From: Lama glama
Lineage: Eukaryota
NCBI GenBank assembly: GCA_028534125.1
Contig: CM052817.1
Coordinates: 20,028,001-20,092,000 of the forward strand
Direction of reading: 5' to 3'
DNA: 64,000 bases
Numbering within the stretch: position 1 is the stretch's first letter; the number at the start of each line of letters is the position of its first letter. The notes beneath the pieces were generated by a model, which was not told the DNA's origin, did not search any database, and was given only the letters and a program-made list of their open reading frames with translations. The position numbers were made by a program, and so were the translations under genes. Shown in pieces: positions 40,730-51,857 of this stretch.

Positions 40730-41880
40730 TTCAATTCCATTATCCAAGTATAGGAACGAAGGCTCCTTGGGGAAATGGCTGGCTCTAGGCCTTGGGCAGA
40801 ATAGATCCAAAATAAGCCTGAAGCATCTTACAGTGTCAGAAACACACAAGTTCACACACATAGGGAGTATATCACAGGAACAGAGAAACCAACTGAAAGA
40901 TCTCCCAGTGGATTAAGTCCCAGTGGACTAATAATTTGAGCATCAAAGTAAATAAAAAAGATTAGAATAAAAAGCAAATATCCATGAGTCCATGTTAATG
41001 TAAATAAATGATTTGACACATACAAACATACATACATAAAAAGAAACATCTTCCATGCAGAAGAACTTTAAAAAAAAGTATATGGATATTCTACCTTCAG
41101 AGAGGTGGGCATAATTTCTCGCTTCTTAAATTTGGCCTGAGCCTGGTGATTTACTTCCAAGGGGTACAGTATGGAAAGGAAGAAGAGTAATTTCAAGGCT
41201 GAAAAATCTAGAGGGTATAGCTCAGAGGTAGAGTGTGTGCTTAGCATGCATGAGGTCCTGGGTTCAGTACCCAGTACCTCCATTAAAAATAAATGACTAA
41301 ACAAATAAATAAACCTAATTACCTCCCCCTACAAAAAAAAAACTTTTTTTAAGGTGGAGAAAGCTGCCAAACACTACCTCAGCTTAAGTGATTCATATGA
41401 ACTGTTGTAAGTCAGGTTGGTAATATGTACCCTTAATATGATATGATAAATGGTACTTTATCTTAATGGTCTTCCTCCTAAAAACCCATAACCCCAGTCT
41501 AATTATGAGAAAATTATCCGACAAATGGCAGTTGAGAACCAATATTACTCAAAACTGTCAACGTCGTCAAAAGCCAAGAAGATCTTGAGAAATTATCACA
41601 AACAGGACACATCATATGACAGGATAACTAAATATAATGTGGCATTTGAATGGAACCTCAAAACAAAAAATAACTTTAGATAAAAGCTAATAAGCTCCAT
41701 TATTCATTCAGATTTCATAACAATGTGTCAAAATTGATTCACTGATTGTGACAATAATACCATAAAAATGCAAGATGTTAATAATAAGAGAAACTGGTGG
41801 TATATGGGAACGTCCCCTACCATCTTCAGAAATTTTCTGTAAGTCAAAAGCTATCTTAAAATAAAAATTTTATTCAAAAT
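40730..41880 (+). mobile_element. L1MC-type 3' UTR, interrupted by a SINE
   Basis: ggctccttggggaaatggctggctctagg, aaaacccataaccccagtctaattatgag, caagatgttaataataagagaaactgg, cttaaaataaaaatttt. Confidence 0.88.
41210..41342 (+). mobile_element. tRNA-derived SINE, camelid Vic-1-like
   Basis: gagggtatagctcagaggtagagtgtgtgcttagcatgcatgaggtcctgggttcagtaccc: tRNA-Ala-like head with A/B boxes, then aaataaataaacctaattacctcccc and an A tail. Confidence 0.88.
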
Positions 41881-42008
41881 GGTAATAATTATGGAACAAC
41901 TACACAAAAAGCAGTCATAGATGACAAAGAATACTTTATAAAATAACTTATTCCAGAATGAAGATTAAGCACCTTATCAATATATTTATCCATCATCAGG
42001 ACAAAAGT

Positions 42009-42463
42009 ATTCTGGGAGGCAATTCTCTGTGGGTTTTTGCACATTCTGTGAATGAGCCAGTAATTACCTTCCTGTTCCACACTATCCTTTTAATGCCGTC
42101 TATATGGCAAATTTTGTATATATCAAACATTTCTCTATATCATACAGCCTTGAAAGATAGAGTTAAGAACAGGTTCATTTTCCTGCCAACTATAAAAGAT
42201 TCAGACTCCTTAAGCTCATGTTTCGTCTACTGTAACACAGCTCATTGTTTGTGACAGTGACACACAGGGCTTTCATGAACCCTGTGAAAGGCGGGGCTCA
42301 GAGAACTCGTGCAAGAAAATGCTGATACCCTGGAGAGCGCTTAAATATTAAACTGTCCTTCGTCTCTAGCCTAGAAATTTTGCTTAGTCTACTAGTATCT
42401 GCAAAACTGGTCAAGTTAATAGACTGCAGGGAGGGTAACACTTCCTACTTCATGATTCTTGAT
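42009..42463 (+). mobile_element. ERVL-class solo LTR (LTR47/MER76-like)
   Basis: gggaggcaattctctgtgggt...acagccttgaaagatagag...tataaaagattcag (TATA)...attaaactgtccttcgtctct (poly(A) region). Confidence 0.65.
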
Positions 42464-42819
42464 AAAGGACCTCACAATGCTGGGCTGGTAGATGTAATTC
42501 TTGGTGTGAAGCAGCGACCCCTATGTGTTCTAGGAGCAGCATTTCCTTTCTCTAAGGGGAGTTTCTATGGTAGTCATCCATTGTTGTACATCAAGTGTTA
42601 TAATTAAATTATGTTAATTCATACATTTTCAGGCCATGGGATCTCTATCCAGATATAATAAAGAAGAGTGTATATTCAGATCTGATAATGTGGCATCTCC
42701 TTTGGATGAGGGCACTTTGTGCATGCGAAGAAGTATTTGCAAAGTATTTTTGGCCTGATAGTCAGACTTTGGCCCAGACGTACTGCTGTGTTTTTGGGTT
42801 TTGTTTTTGTTTTCCTGGC

Positions 42820-43156
42820 AAGTAACTATAAGGCCAGGAATTATGTTTCTAGTATCCTTAAGTGTAAGCACAACTGCATAACTAATGGATATAAAATGAA
42901 GTGATGTACAATTTCCTGGACAATGGGATAAAATTTATGTGAGTTTTCTATGTCCTTTATCAGCTATCTGCCTGCTTGGAGAAAAGAACTCTGTGGCCCT
43001 CTGAGATGACTGACCCATAAATTGGTAGGATTCTGTGTCTCTGAGTCACTATGTTAAATGCCAGCTATTGAACACATTCATCAAAATATTGCATGACTAT
43101 GAGGTTAACATATTTGTGTTAAGATACTAAGTATTGAAGCTTTATTATCACAACTA
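42820..43156 (+). mobile_element. MaLR LTR MLT1J-like
   Basis: gtgatgtacaatttcctgg, gtctctgagtcact, tgtgttaagatactaag, cctaactaatgca end. Confidence 0.6.
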
Positions 43157-43371
43157 ATATTAACCTAACTAATGCAATGATAGTGAAAAAGAATGGCAAT
43201 TAGAGAAATATGCTTTAGTGATATCAGTAGATTTTGCTAATTTATGGAAAGGTAAACAAAAAGATAATTTCTTGTGCCATCTAGAGGAGAATAAGTTTTG
43301 GAGGTTAAATTTTTAGATTTCTTTTAAAATTCTTATCTAGACCTTACAAATACTTATTTTGATTTGAGAGT

Positions 43372-43885
43372 TTTGGTAAACAGAAAAATCTATCCCCCAA
43401 AGATGTCTATATTCTAATTCCCAAAATTTGTTAATAGGTTATTTTTTCCTTGCAAAGGGAGAATTAACATAGAAAATGGAATTAAATTGCTAATCTCCTA
43501 CTTTAAAATAGATTATTCTGGATTATCAGGGTGGGCCTAGTGCAATCACAAGGATCTATGTGTCAGAAAAGCGAGGTAGAAGAGGAGCACAGAGTGATGT
43601 AATGTTGGAAGGACTGAGCCTGGCGGTTGCTGACTTTGAAGACGGACGAGGTGGCTACAAGCAAAAGAATGCAGAGTGACTCAAGATGATGTGAAGGGCA
43701 AGGGAACAGATTCTCAGTGACAGCAACAATGCAGAAAAGAATGCAGTCTTGCCAGCAGTTCGATTTTAGCCCACTGGGTCCCATTCTGGGTTTCTAAACT
43801 ACAGAATTGTAAGTTAATAAATTTGTATCATTTTGAGACACTAAATTTGGGTGATGTATCATAGCAGCCATGGGAGACCAACACA
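43372..43885 (+). mobile_element. MaLR solo LTR MLT1D
   Basis: cccccaaagatgtc...gattattctggattatcagggtgggcc...ttgctgactttgaagacgga...aagggaacagattctc...aataaatttgtatcatttt. Confidence 0.92.
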
Positions 43886-44067
43886 GTAGTCATCCACACA
43901 GTGGTGCATGTAAAAAAATATATGGAAAAAAACCTAGAGGTGTAGATGTTTCTTTTTAGGAAGAGAATGACCTCATTCAAAAGCAGAGGAAAAATGCTAA
44001 ATTGTAACTTTGTACTTTTCCTTTATAGTCTCTCAACCTGTTGTGGTGTTTTATATTTGCTATTTCA

Positions 44068-44530
44068 TGTCACACTACCCCAAACACTGGTATTTCCTGG
44101 GTTCTGGATGAGAATGGACCACCACAGATGTCTCTGGCCCATGACTTGGCATTCTTGGGGGAACTGCTCAACCACTAGGGCCCCCTCCCACCATCTACCA
44201 GACCAGTGGGCCAGACCCCTATCAAGGGCAGGGAATTTGGGACAGGTGTCTTCCTCCACTTCCCACAGGCCCACACTCTAATCCAGATATGAAAGGCAAC
44301 CCTCAAGGATGACTATATTCTTGAAACACCAGGCATCTTGGATGGGTGGGCTGGTGGGTGAGAGGCTTACTCTTGCCAAGCAACCTGCTGTCCAGCAAGC
44401 TAGTTAGCTCCTGTCTGTTGAAGGTGGTTCTCATAAGGAACCGCTGTGAGCATTAGTAGCCAACACTCAAAACATTAAAGAAGAGTGTAGCCACCTTAAA
44501 AAAAAAAAAAGAATCTGGATGAACACCAAC
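44068..44530. mobile_element. GC-richer block, possibly a decayed ERVL LTR
   Basis: Ends gaatctggatgaacaccaaca, like LTR33-family antisense termini; family not securely identified. Confidence 0.35.
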
Positions 44531-45554
44531 AGAAAAAAGAAAACCTTATTCTTTAGCTTTTGCCAAAGTCATATCTGAGTATAACTTTGAAGAGAATCAG
44601 GTTATTAAAGCCCTAACAGGGAAAAGAGCATTTGTTGATGTCATTCTAGGGTTTAATAAAAACAAATGCCAATCTTTTATGCACAGGTGTGTGTATATGA
44701 AATTACTAAGGCTTAAACATGCACTGATGATGCACACACACGAACAGCAGCTAAGATTTTACTTAAATAATTTTGATTTGTTTAAAAACAGATAAGAATA
44801 TATTTCTGGTGTTTGGTATGCTTTTTAATGACAAGATAGTAGCATTATTTGGTAAAGAATTTAACGTGAAAAAATAAGACTAAAATCTCATTGGCATTCA
44901 TATTGGCATAAGACAGACTATACTTTCTGGTTTACATTTTCTTAAGAATATGGAATTATAATTTTAGAATCATTTTTTATTTAATTTATTTGACTGAGAG
45001 ATAATTACTAGTTAATTTGTAAAATAAATTTTCTGGAATATTTTTGCCTCAAAGACACTGGAAAGCTGTTAAAGGCATTTTGCTTTTAGGCTAATGAATC
45101 AGTGTTTGGTAGTCACATAATTCATTTACACTGAATTTGGGAGAATGATGTACTTTCTGAATATTTGGGTAGACATATTTTCATAAAATTCTGTTAATTT
45201 ATTAACTATTATAAGGAATATATTTTTAAACATTAACTTGAGGGATATTTGTGATATTAAATGTAGTAATAAATAATTAATATGAAAGAATTCCAACCAA
45301 TGGGAAAAAGCTATCATGTTTTAACATCACTTAGTTAATTTGTCTTTTCATTAACCAGTTACAAAGTATCTTCTGTCAGGTTTAAGCTCATCACTATTCA
45401 CAGGCGTTATCTCATTTAATATTAACTGAGTACATGACTGCAGTAATGAATAAATTGTTAATAAATAAATTGTTGTATGTTTATATTTGAGCCATTAGTA
45501 CACATAATTTAATTCAGAAAGCAGATTTAAACTGTGAAATGGAAAATAATTTTT

Positions 45555-46010
45555 AGGGAGCATGGATTCAGATCTCAACTCTTACACTTAGGTGCTTTAT
45601 GACCTTAGGTAAGCTTTTCAATCTTTCCTTTAAAATTACGTGTTATATATTTTTAAGATTTCAGGGTCTGGAATCTTATTCTCTATATTCATTTCCTGGC
45701 TGAGCGGCCTTGGTCAAATACACTTTCTATGCCACAGTTTAGCCATTAAGAAGAGGGGGATAATATTATTACATTCCTATTGTATTATTTGTGAAGATGA
45801 AGGGAATAGATACATCTAAAGCATTTATAGCAATACTTCCTAGGGGGAGGGTAACAGCTCAGTGACACAGTGCATGCTTCAGGTTCTGGTTTCATTCCCC
45901 ATTACCTCCATGAAGAAAAGAAAGAAAAAGAAAACCATGCTCCCTGAGAGTTCAATAATTATTATAATAATTCAGTAATAAACACAATAATTAGTTGTTT
46001 ATTATCATTA
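45555..46010 (+). mobile_element. MIR fragments hosting a SINE
   Basis: tgaccttaggtaag; ccttggtcaaatacactttctatgccacagttt; gtgaagatgaaggga...taaagcattta. Confidence 0.7.
45843..45934 (+). mobile_element. Vic-1-like SINE, diverged, with internal deletion
   Basis: gggggagggtaacagctcagtgacacagtgcatgcttcaggttctggtttcattccccattacctcca plus (gaaa)n tail; same family as 41210-41342. Confidence 0.8.
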
Positions 46011-46129
46011 TTGGTTTCTTCATCTACATACCTTATGTATTCTGGAAAAATGAATACACTATCAGGCGTACTTCAGTAAAACAATTTTCTGAACTACAGA
46101 GTTGATGATTCCCTTTGCCATATCTATCC

Positions 46130-46350
46130 CCCCTACCACCTTGTGGAATTCATCATAACCATTCTTGTGTTTTGGATGAGACTGAATCCACTCCAAAGCT
46201 CCAGCGATGGGCCTACCCTGAGGGGCTCAAGCCACTGAAAACATCCCATTCTCTTGGCAAAAGTGATTGATTCATCATTGGCCACTTGCATCAATTCAGG
46301 CAAGCAGCAAAGAGAGGAATCTCTGGATGACACAGCGGGAGCTTTCAAAA
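46130..46350 (+). mobile_element. L2 fragment
   Basis: catcccattctcttggc; weak similarity. Confidence 0.3.
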
Positions 46351-46904
46351 TTCAAACTTGCTATAGTCATTTTACTCTTATGAGGGAAGATACTGAATCA
46401 CCTCAAGCCACCATCTGAAGACTGAAGAAAATTCACCCTGCAGAAGGCATAGAAAAGACAAATAGGCAGTTTATGTCATTGGTATCATCAGTTAGGCAGC
46501 CAGACCAAGACTCGCCTGAAACCAATTCTCCATTTGTCATACCAGTAAAACATTTATCATAAGCTATAGCTAAAAGTAACTTTTGATACTTTGGTAAAGG
46601 AAAAATAGAATACATTTTGAAACATAAATTTTAAAAAGCTTATGGTAACTACAAAATAGGGAAAAAATATGCCTCCTCTTTAGCTCAGTGACTGTGCATT
46701 GCACAGCAGGTGAAACTTGGATTTAATAGTAAATTAGGCAAGCCATTATACCCTTAAACGCCAGGAGTAAGTATGTAGCGCACCCTCAAGAACACTGTAA
46801 AGGGCACTGAGGTTGAGGATGCACATATTGAAATGTCCTTGTGTATTCCAGTGAAGAAAATTGGTATTAGTGAGATGTGGTACTCGTGATGTCTTCTAAC
46901 TTAC

Positions 46905-46950
46905 GTCTTTGAAAGCTCCATTGGCAAAGTATAAAATTTTCAAATATATG
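46905..46950 (-). other. Candidate 46-nt internal exon
   Basis: Minus strand: ttttctctttctacag| ... aaagac|gtaagttag, both near-consensus; two frames open (IYLKILYFANGAFKD or HIFENFILCQWSFQR). Confidence 0.4.
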
Positions 46951-47210
46951 CTGTAGAAAGAGAAAACTCTCTTTCCTTGAGAGTGTAGTATCTCACCTTT
47001 CATGTCACCTTATCCTGGTGTGTGGGAAGAGAGGCTATTACTTTTTTTGATCACTTAAATAAGAAACAGTTCTACCCTTTGAAAGAAACCGTGTTTACCA
47101 TTTTCGAGCCAGTGTGCTTATTTAGGTCAAAATACTCAATTCTGGAACATGTTGATTTCATTAGAGGGTTTGCCTTTAGCAAATAATTCCACGGCAATCA
47201 CATTAGGAAC

Positions 47211-47410
47211 TGTGCCCATCAGAGTTCAGCTAGAGAAACAGAACCTATAAGAAATACGTATTAAGAAATGGATAGCAATTAATCAGCTTACACGAAATTG
47301 GGGACTGTCTAAGGCAAGCCCAAAGTCTTGAGAGTAGTCCGTCAGGAAGAGCAGCTGGTAACTCTTGGACCTGGGATAAACCTGCCGTCCAGAGGTGGAA
47401 TTTCTTTTGC
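47211..47410 (-). mobile_element. ERVL MLT2D-like LTR, 3' part
   Basis: agagttcagctagagaaacagaacc...aggcaagcccaaa...gtcaggaagagcagctgg...gtccagaggtggaatttctt. Confidence 0.8.
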
Positions 47411-47467
47411 CCTCGACCTTGACCTTGCCGTCCAGAGGTGGAATTTCTTTTGCCCTCGACCTTGACC
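47383..47467. repeat. Perfect 43-bp-period tandem duplication (2 copies)
   Basis: tgccgtccagaggtggaatttcttttgccctcgaccttgacc at 47383 and 47426, 42 nt identical. Confidence 0.97.
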
Positions 47468-47604
47468 ACATTTATATGACCTTTGTGATTACTTTGATTA
47501 CTTTGGGCCAACCTAGGTAATCTTCTCGAATCAAGATACTTAATCCCATCAGCATGTAGTCACCTTGCTGGGGGTTGGGGGTAGGGAGGGCTATTCTATC
47601 TACA
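47468..47604 (-). mobile_element. MLT1D/E-like LTR 5' fragment
   Basis: tgattactttgggccaacctaggtaatc...tcaagatacttaatcccatc...gggctattctatctaca. Confidence 0.6.
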
Positions 47605-48779
47605 ATAATAATTAGCAATAACAATAAAAATAGAAGAAGATAGGATTAGATTTACCAAATATCCTGCTTTTGTTCAATGCAGAGAATGAAAATGAATTTA
47701 AACTATAATGGAAAAAAGAACAGAAACAAGCTTTTCATAATTTTTCCAGACTATTAAAAATAAAGTATTTGTTTTGAGCTACCTGAGTAGAAAATTGGAA
47801 AAACAAAGTGTTCACAGGGAAAAGATTTAGTGAGAAAAAGTTGGTTTTATATCATGCCTAAGGAGATCAAATTACAAAAAAGCTATAACCATATAAAACC
47901 ATAATCCACTTGGAAAAATAAGGAACCCACAGGTAACACAGAGATCATTTTAAGGTTCAAAAAGAAAAATAATTTTACATGTGGTAAAAGTTGATGTCTT
48001 CCACTCTACTGAATTACTCAAGGGAGTATAAATGATAAAAAATGCAATTATGCCCTTTGGAATTTCTCCAGATCTCTCTTTTTTTTAACCAATCCAATTT
48101 CCATATGTGCCATATGACAGAAAAGAAAATCAAATGATCTGCCAGGTTATTCCTTGACAGTGAAAACAACTATTGAAAATGAATGTAGTAAAAGCTATAA
48201 AAGGAAGAGAACAGAATAAAACAAGGAAAATTCAGGAAAATTAAAAGGGATATATAGATGTATATATATACTGGTTATATGAATATATATATTCTATATG
48301 TTCTATATATATTCTACATATATATATAACCAGTAGATAAACAGACCAATGAAAGAAATAAAATAACACTGAATTAGAAATTATAGACTCAGTATGAGTG
48401 AATTAAATTAGTACTGATAAAATATTTTGCTGAAGATGGGCAAAGTTTGCCAATTTCACCCCAATAGAGGTTAAAAACGTAAGTGGTAATTTTTTGAAGA
48501 CATTATTTTTTTATTGAGATTACAAAACTTTTAAGTTTTACCTTAGGGACATCGTAGATGAAAAGTTTGATTATTTCTGTACCTGTATCTTCCTTTTCTT
48601 GTTTGGATACCGAGACAAGATTTGCTTCTTGTTTCTATACTTAATTCCATTCAATCATAGACAATAAAATCCCAATGTCTTTATTCTTAGATGTATTTTC
48701 TGACTTATCTACTCACAGTGTTTAGTCATCAGCTCTTTTTCTATATTGCCACTATACCTTGTGTTTATTACAACCCTTG

Positions 48780-48930
48780 TAACACTCTAGCAATAATGCA
48801 TGCATGGGACTCTGGTACCATGTCAGCAACTAGGAGTCACGATTGTGTCTTAATTATTTTCAGTCCCTGATCACTCATCATAGTGTCTGGTCCAGAGTAG
48901 GACCTCTATACAATATTATTATGTAATATA
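48780..48930 (+). mobile_element. L2 3' fragment
   Basis: catcatagtgtctggtccagagtaggacctc. Confidence 0.6.
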
Positions 48931-49289
48931 TGCATACAATGCATAAACTAGTGCTTGTGGTGTTTAATGAATATTTCTATTTCTACTGGCACAATACTAG
49001 AGACATGTTATTATAAGAATTAATACAGTTATCAGAAAGGGATGGGAAAAAATAAGTTTTGGTTGTAATTTAGGTTTCACTATACAAAAGAATCTCAAAT
49101 GATCAACTATATGTAGAATTTTTATTGACTATTTAGGGTCTTATTAATTCCTCAGGTGAAATCTGGTGAGGAATGAAAAATTCATCACAAACAATATACA
49201 GGAGTGTTATAATGTAAAATAAATTTTTTGGCATCAAGAAATAATACAGATCACAAAATGGGAGTCTCTTTAATTAGTTCTTACTTTGT

Positions 49290-49480
49290 TCTAGTGCTTA
49301 ACTGTGCATTGTACTAATAGTTTATATACAATTCAGTTTATTTTAATCCTCAAAACAATTGTGAATAGTAGTTACTGTACCCCTTTTACAGATGAGAATG
49401 CATTGCTCAGAGCCTTATACTAAGTGGAAGAATAAGAATTCAATCCAATTTTGTCCAAGCCCAAAATTATGTATTTCCAT
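49290..49480 (-). mobile_element. MIR
   Basis: ttttaatcctcaaaacaa...ccccttttacagatgagaatgcattgctcagag. Confidence 0.8.
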
Positions 49481-51344
49481 TAGAATATACCCATCAAACA
49501 TCACTTTCTTGTGTCCTTTACTGACCAAAAACTTTTACAGAAAGCTATACAGAAAGCATACAGATTCCATTTGAATCTCTTTATTCTTCACACTGACATC
49601 CACATTAGATGACTTGGTTATCATTACCTTTTACATTGTTTTTCACTATCGTCAAGATTATGTGTTATATGTAAACAACTTACGACATCTGAAGAGTTTT
49701 AGATTCTAAGGTTTGTGCCCAAGAAATAAACTCCCAACTTTCAGTCTCCAAAAACAGTAGATTTTTTTTTTAAAGAAAGAAACTCCACTGGAATAAACAT
49801 TTTTCTCAATATGCTTTTCTTGCTGCATCTAGTCTGTCATTCTCAGGGCACTTAGAGATGTGGTTTTTGTTTTGCCCTCAGCTGAACTCTTAAACGAAGC
49901 TTCCTGAGACACATTGGACATTGCCATTATTCTACTTATTTCTCCAATCGACAGCAATGAACTGGGTGAAAAGCCTGTTTCCTTCTCATTTACCTGAACA
50001 TTCTCTGTCCAGGCTCTTTTATAAACTGCATTCTCTCTCCAGGAATAGTTCTCTGTGCAGTAAATCCTTTGAGCTGGGTGGTGGGAAGTAAGCAGTAAGC
50101 TATGATATGGTGTCATTTAAGAAAAATTGCATTATTCTCTCTGATTTTTTTTTCCCCTGTTCTCACACATAATAATTCTGGGATTCACTAACTATGCTTA
50201 TTGAGGAAGAAAATGTCAAATATGTGTGAACTCTCTTGTAGCTCCTTCAGGTAAACATTGAGACTCCCTTCTCTATATTCTGTTGAATCTTATTACTTAT
50301 CTTAATAAAATTTTAGTCATATTTAATTGCATTTAATTATTTTCTTCCAGTGGAGTATACAAACCTAGAAAAAACTGTCTCTGTCAGGCGCACATTTTTA
50401 ACACTGAGCATTTTGCACACTTAACTTTACACATGATACTTGATCAACATCTTTAGTGAATAAATGAATATTTTTAATTATGAAAAGATCTAAGGCATGG
50501 ACTTCTGATCTTGAAATACATGGCAATTAAATCACATACTAGTCCTGAAAAATACTGTAGAAAAGTCACATCCCAAAGGGCAACCTGTCTGAGTAGTATC
50601 ATCTTTTGTCCTGCCACACCTAAAACAGCACGTTAATTGGGCTTTCAAAGAAATGCAAATACACAATTCATTTTTTTCTAAATTTCTTCAAGAGTTGGAA
50701 ATAAACCTTATTCTATTAAATTACAGAAAGAGCTATGCTGATGCTTGCCTATTATTAAAGAGGCAAATGCATGTCAGAAGTTTTTAATTACTGAGAATTT
50801 TATATCCCATTAAATACTTAGGAAAAAAAAGCTTTATACATGAGAATAAATTAGAGAAGTATTATTTATGTGTTTTAAACCCAATTATCTAGAACATGTT
50901 TTATATACTATAAAATGGAATTAGAAAGCCAAATAAAAGTGACCATATTGTGAAATACTGGGAGCATAGATAACATGCTTAGATATTATAATCTCTTAAA
51001 AATCAAAGTAAACCAGAGAACAACTGTGTAATGCATAGAAAGAATATAAATATTCTAATTTGATCAATCAAAATGAATGATATATTTCAAATATTGTTCT
51101 TCATATAACACTCTTCACAAACTATGATTTGGAGGCCCTTTCTTTTATAAGATTAAACACAAATGTAGCAAAACCCAACTTCACACTTTTCACTTGCTGG
51201 AAGTCTATTCCCTAAAAATTCGGGGGCATCTTATTCACTATGTATTGTCTAGGATATGAAACACTTTTAAGTTTAATCTGCATTATTGATGTTTTCTCTG
51301 TCACTTTCTGAAGTCTACACAATTGAAAATAGTAAGTCAAAACC

Positions 51345-51694
51345 GACTTCAGTGTTTCCTGATTTCTGTGGTGTGAATACTCACATCATGGTTGATTTTA
51401 ATCTACTAACGATATCACTGGAAACAAAGTTGGGATGAACTGCACATTATTGCACTGTTATCAGGCATTTCCACCACACGGATAAACACAGTTAACCTCA
51501 AGACCATCGATTACAGCAAAATGTAATAACTGATGAATGTTGAATATTTATTACATTTGTTTTTAATATAATGTTTAATTATAAATTATGCATTTTTCAA
51601 TAATGGCTGTATTTAACAACTGGTTTGCAACATTCCTGAAAAATTAAAAATAAGAGTTTGTGAGGTGATAAAATCTGGCTCCAACATAACATTG
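51345..51694 (-). mobile_element. hAT-Blackjack DNA transposon MER63-like
   Basis: gatttctgtggtgtgaatactc...taatggctgtatttaacaactggtttgcaacattcctgaaaa...ctggctccaacataacattg (decayed terminal inverted repeat). Confidence 0.85.
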
Positions 51695-51857
51695 GTAGAG
51701 GTTTAGACAGCAGGAAATCAAAGACCAGCCTGTAATGTTAGAAATATGCTGATAGTCTACCATAGTACTCTCCAGACATTAATAAAGAAAGTATCTTATG
51801 GATTCATTTAGAACAGCAGCAGTGAGTAGAACCAGCACAGATAATAAGTCCACCTCA

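Noticed and set aside
41211..41282. tRNA-Ala gene
   Set aside because: Degenerate stems and B box, a SINE tail with poly(A), and insertion within an L1 make it a SINE.
26405..41880. Segmental duplication between 26.4-28.2 kb and 40.7-41.9 kb
   Set aside because: Similarity is explained by two independent L1MC 3' UTR copies; the flanks are unrelated.
42263..42286. Near-palindrome cacaggg-ct-ttcatgaa-ccctgtg
   Set aside because: Short, inside an LTR, and with no independent support for function.
50043..50087. 45-nt plus-strand exon (ctctccag|...gaa|gtaagc) and a nearby minus-strand TATAAAAG
   Set aside because: No recognisable peptide or partner exons; such motifs are expected by chance in 64 kb.
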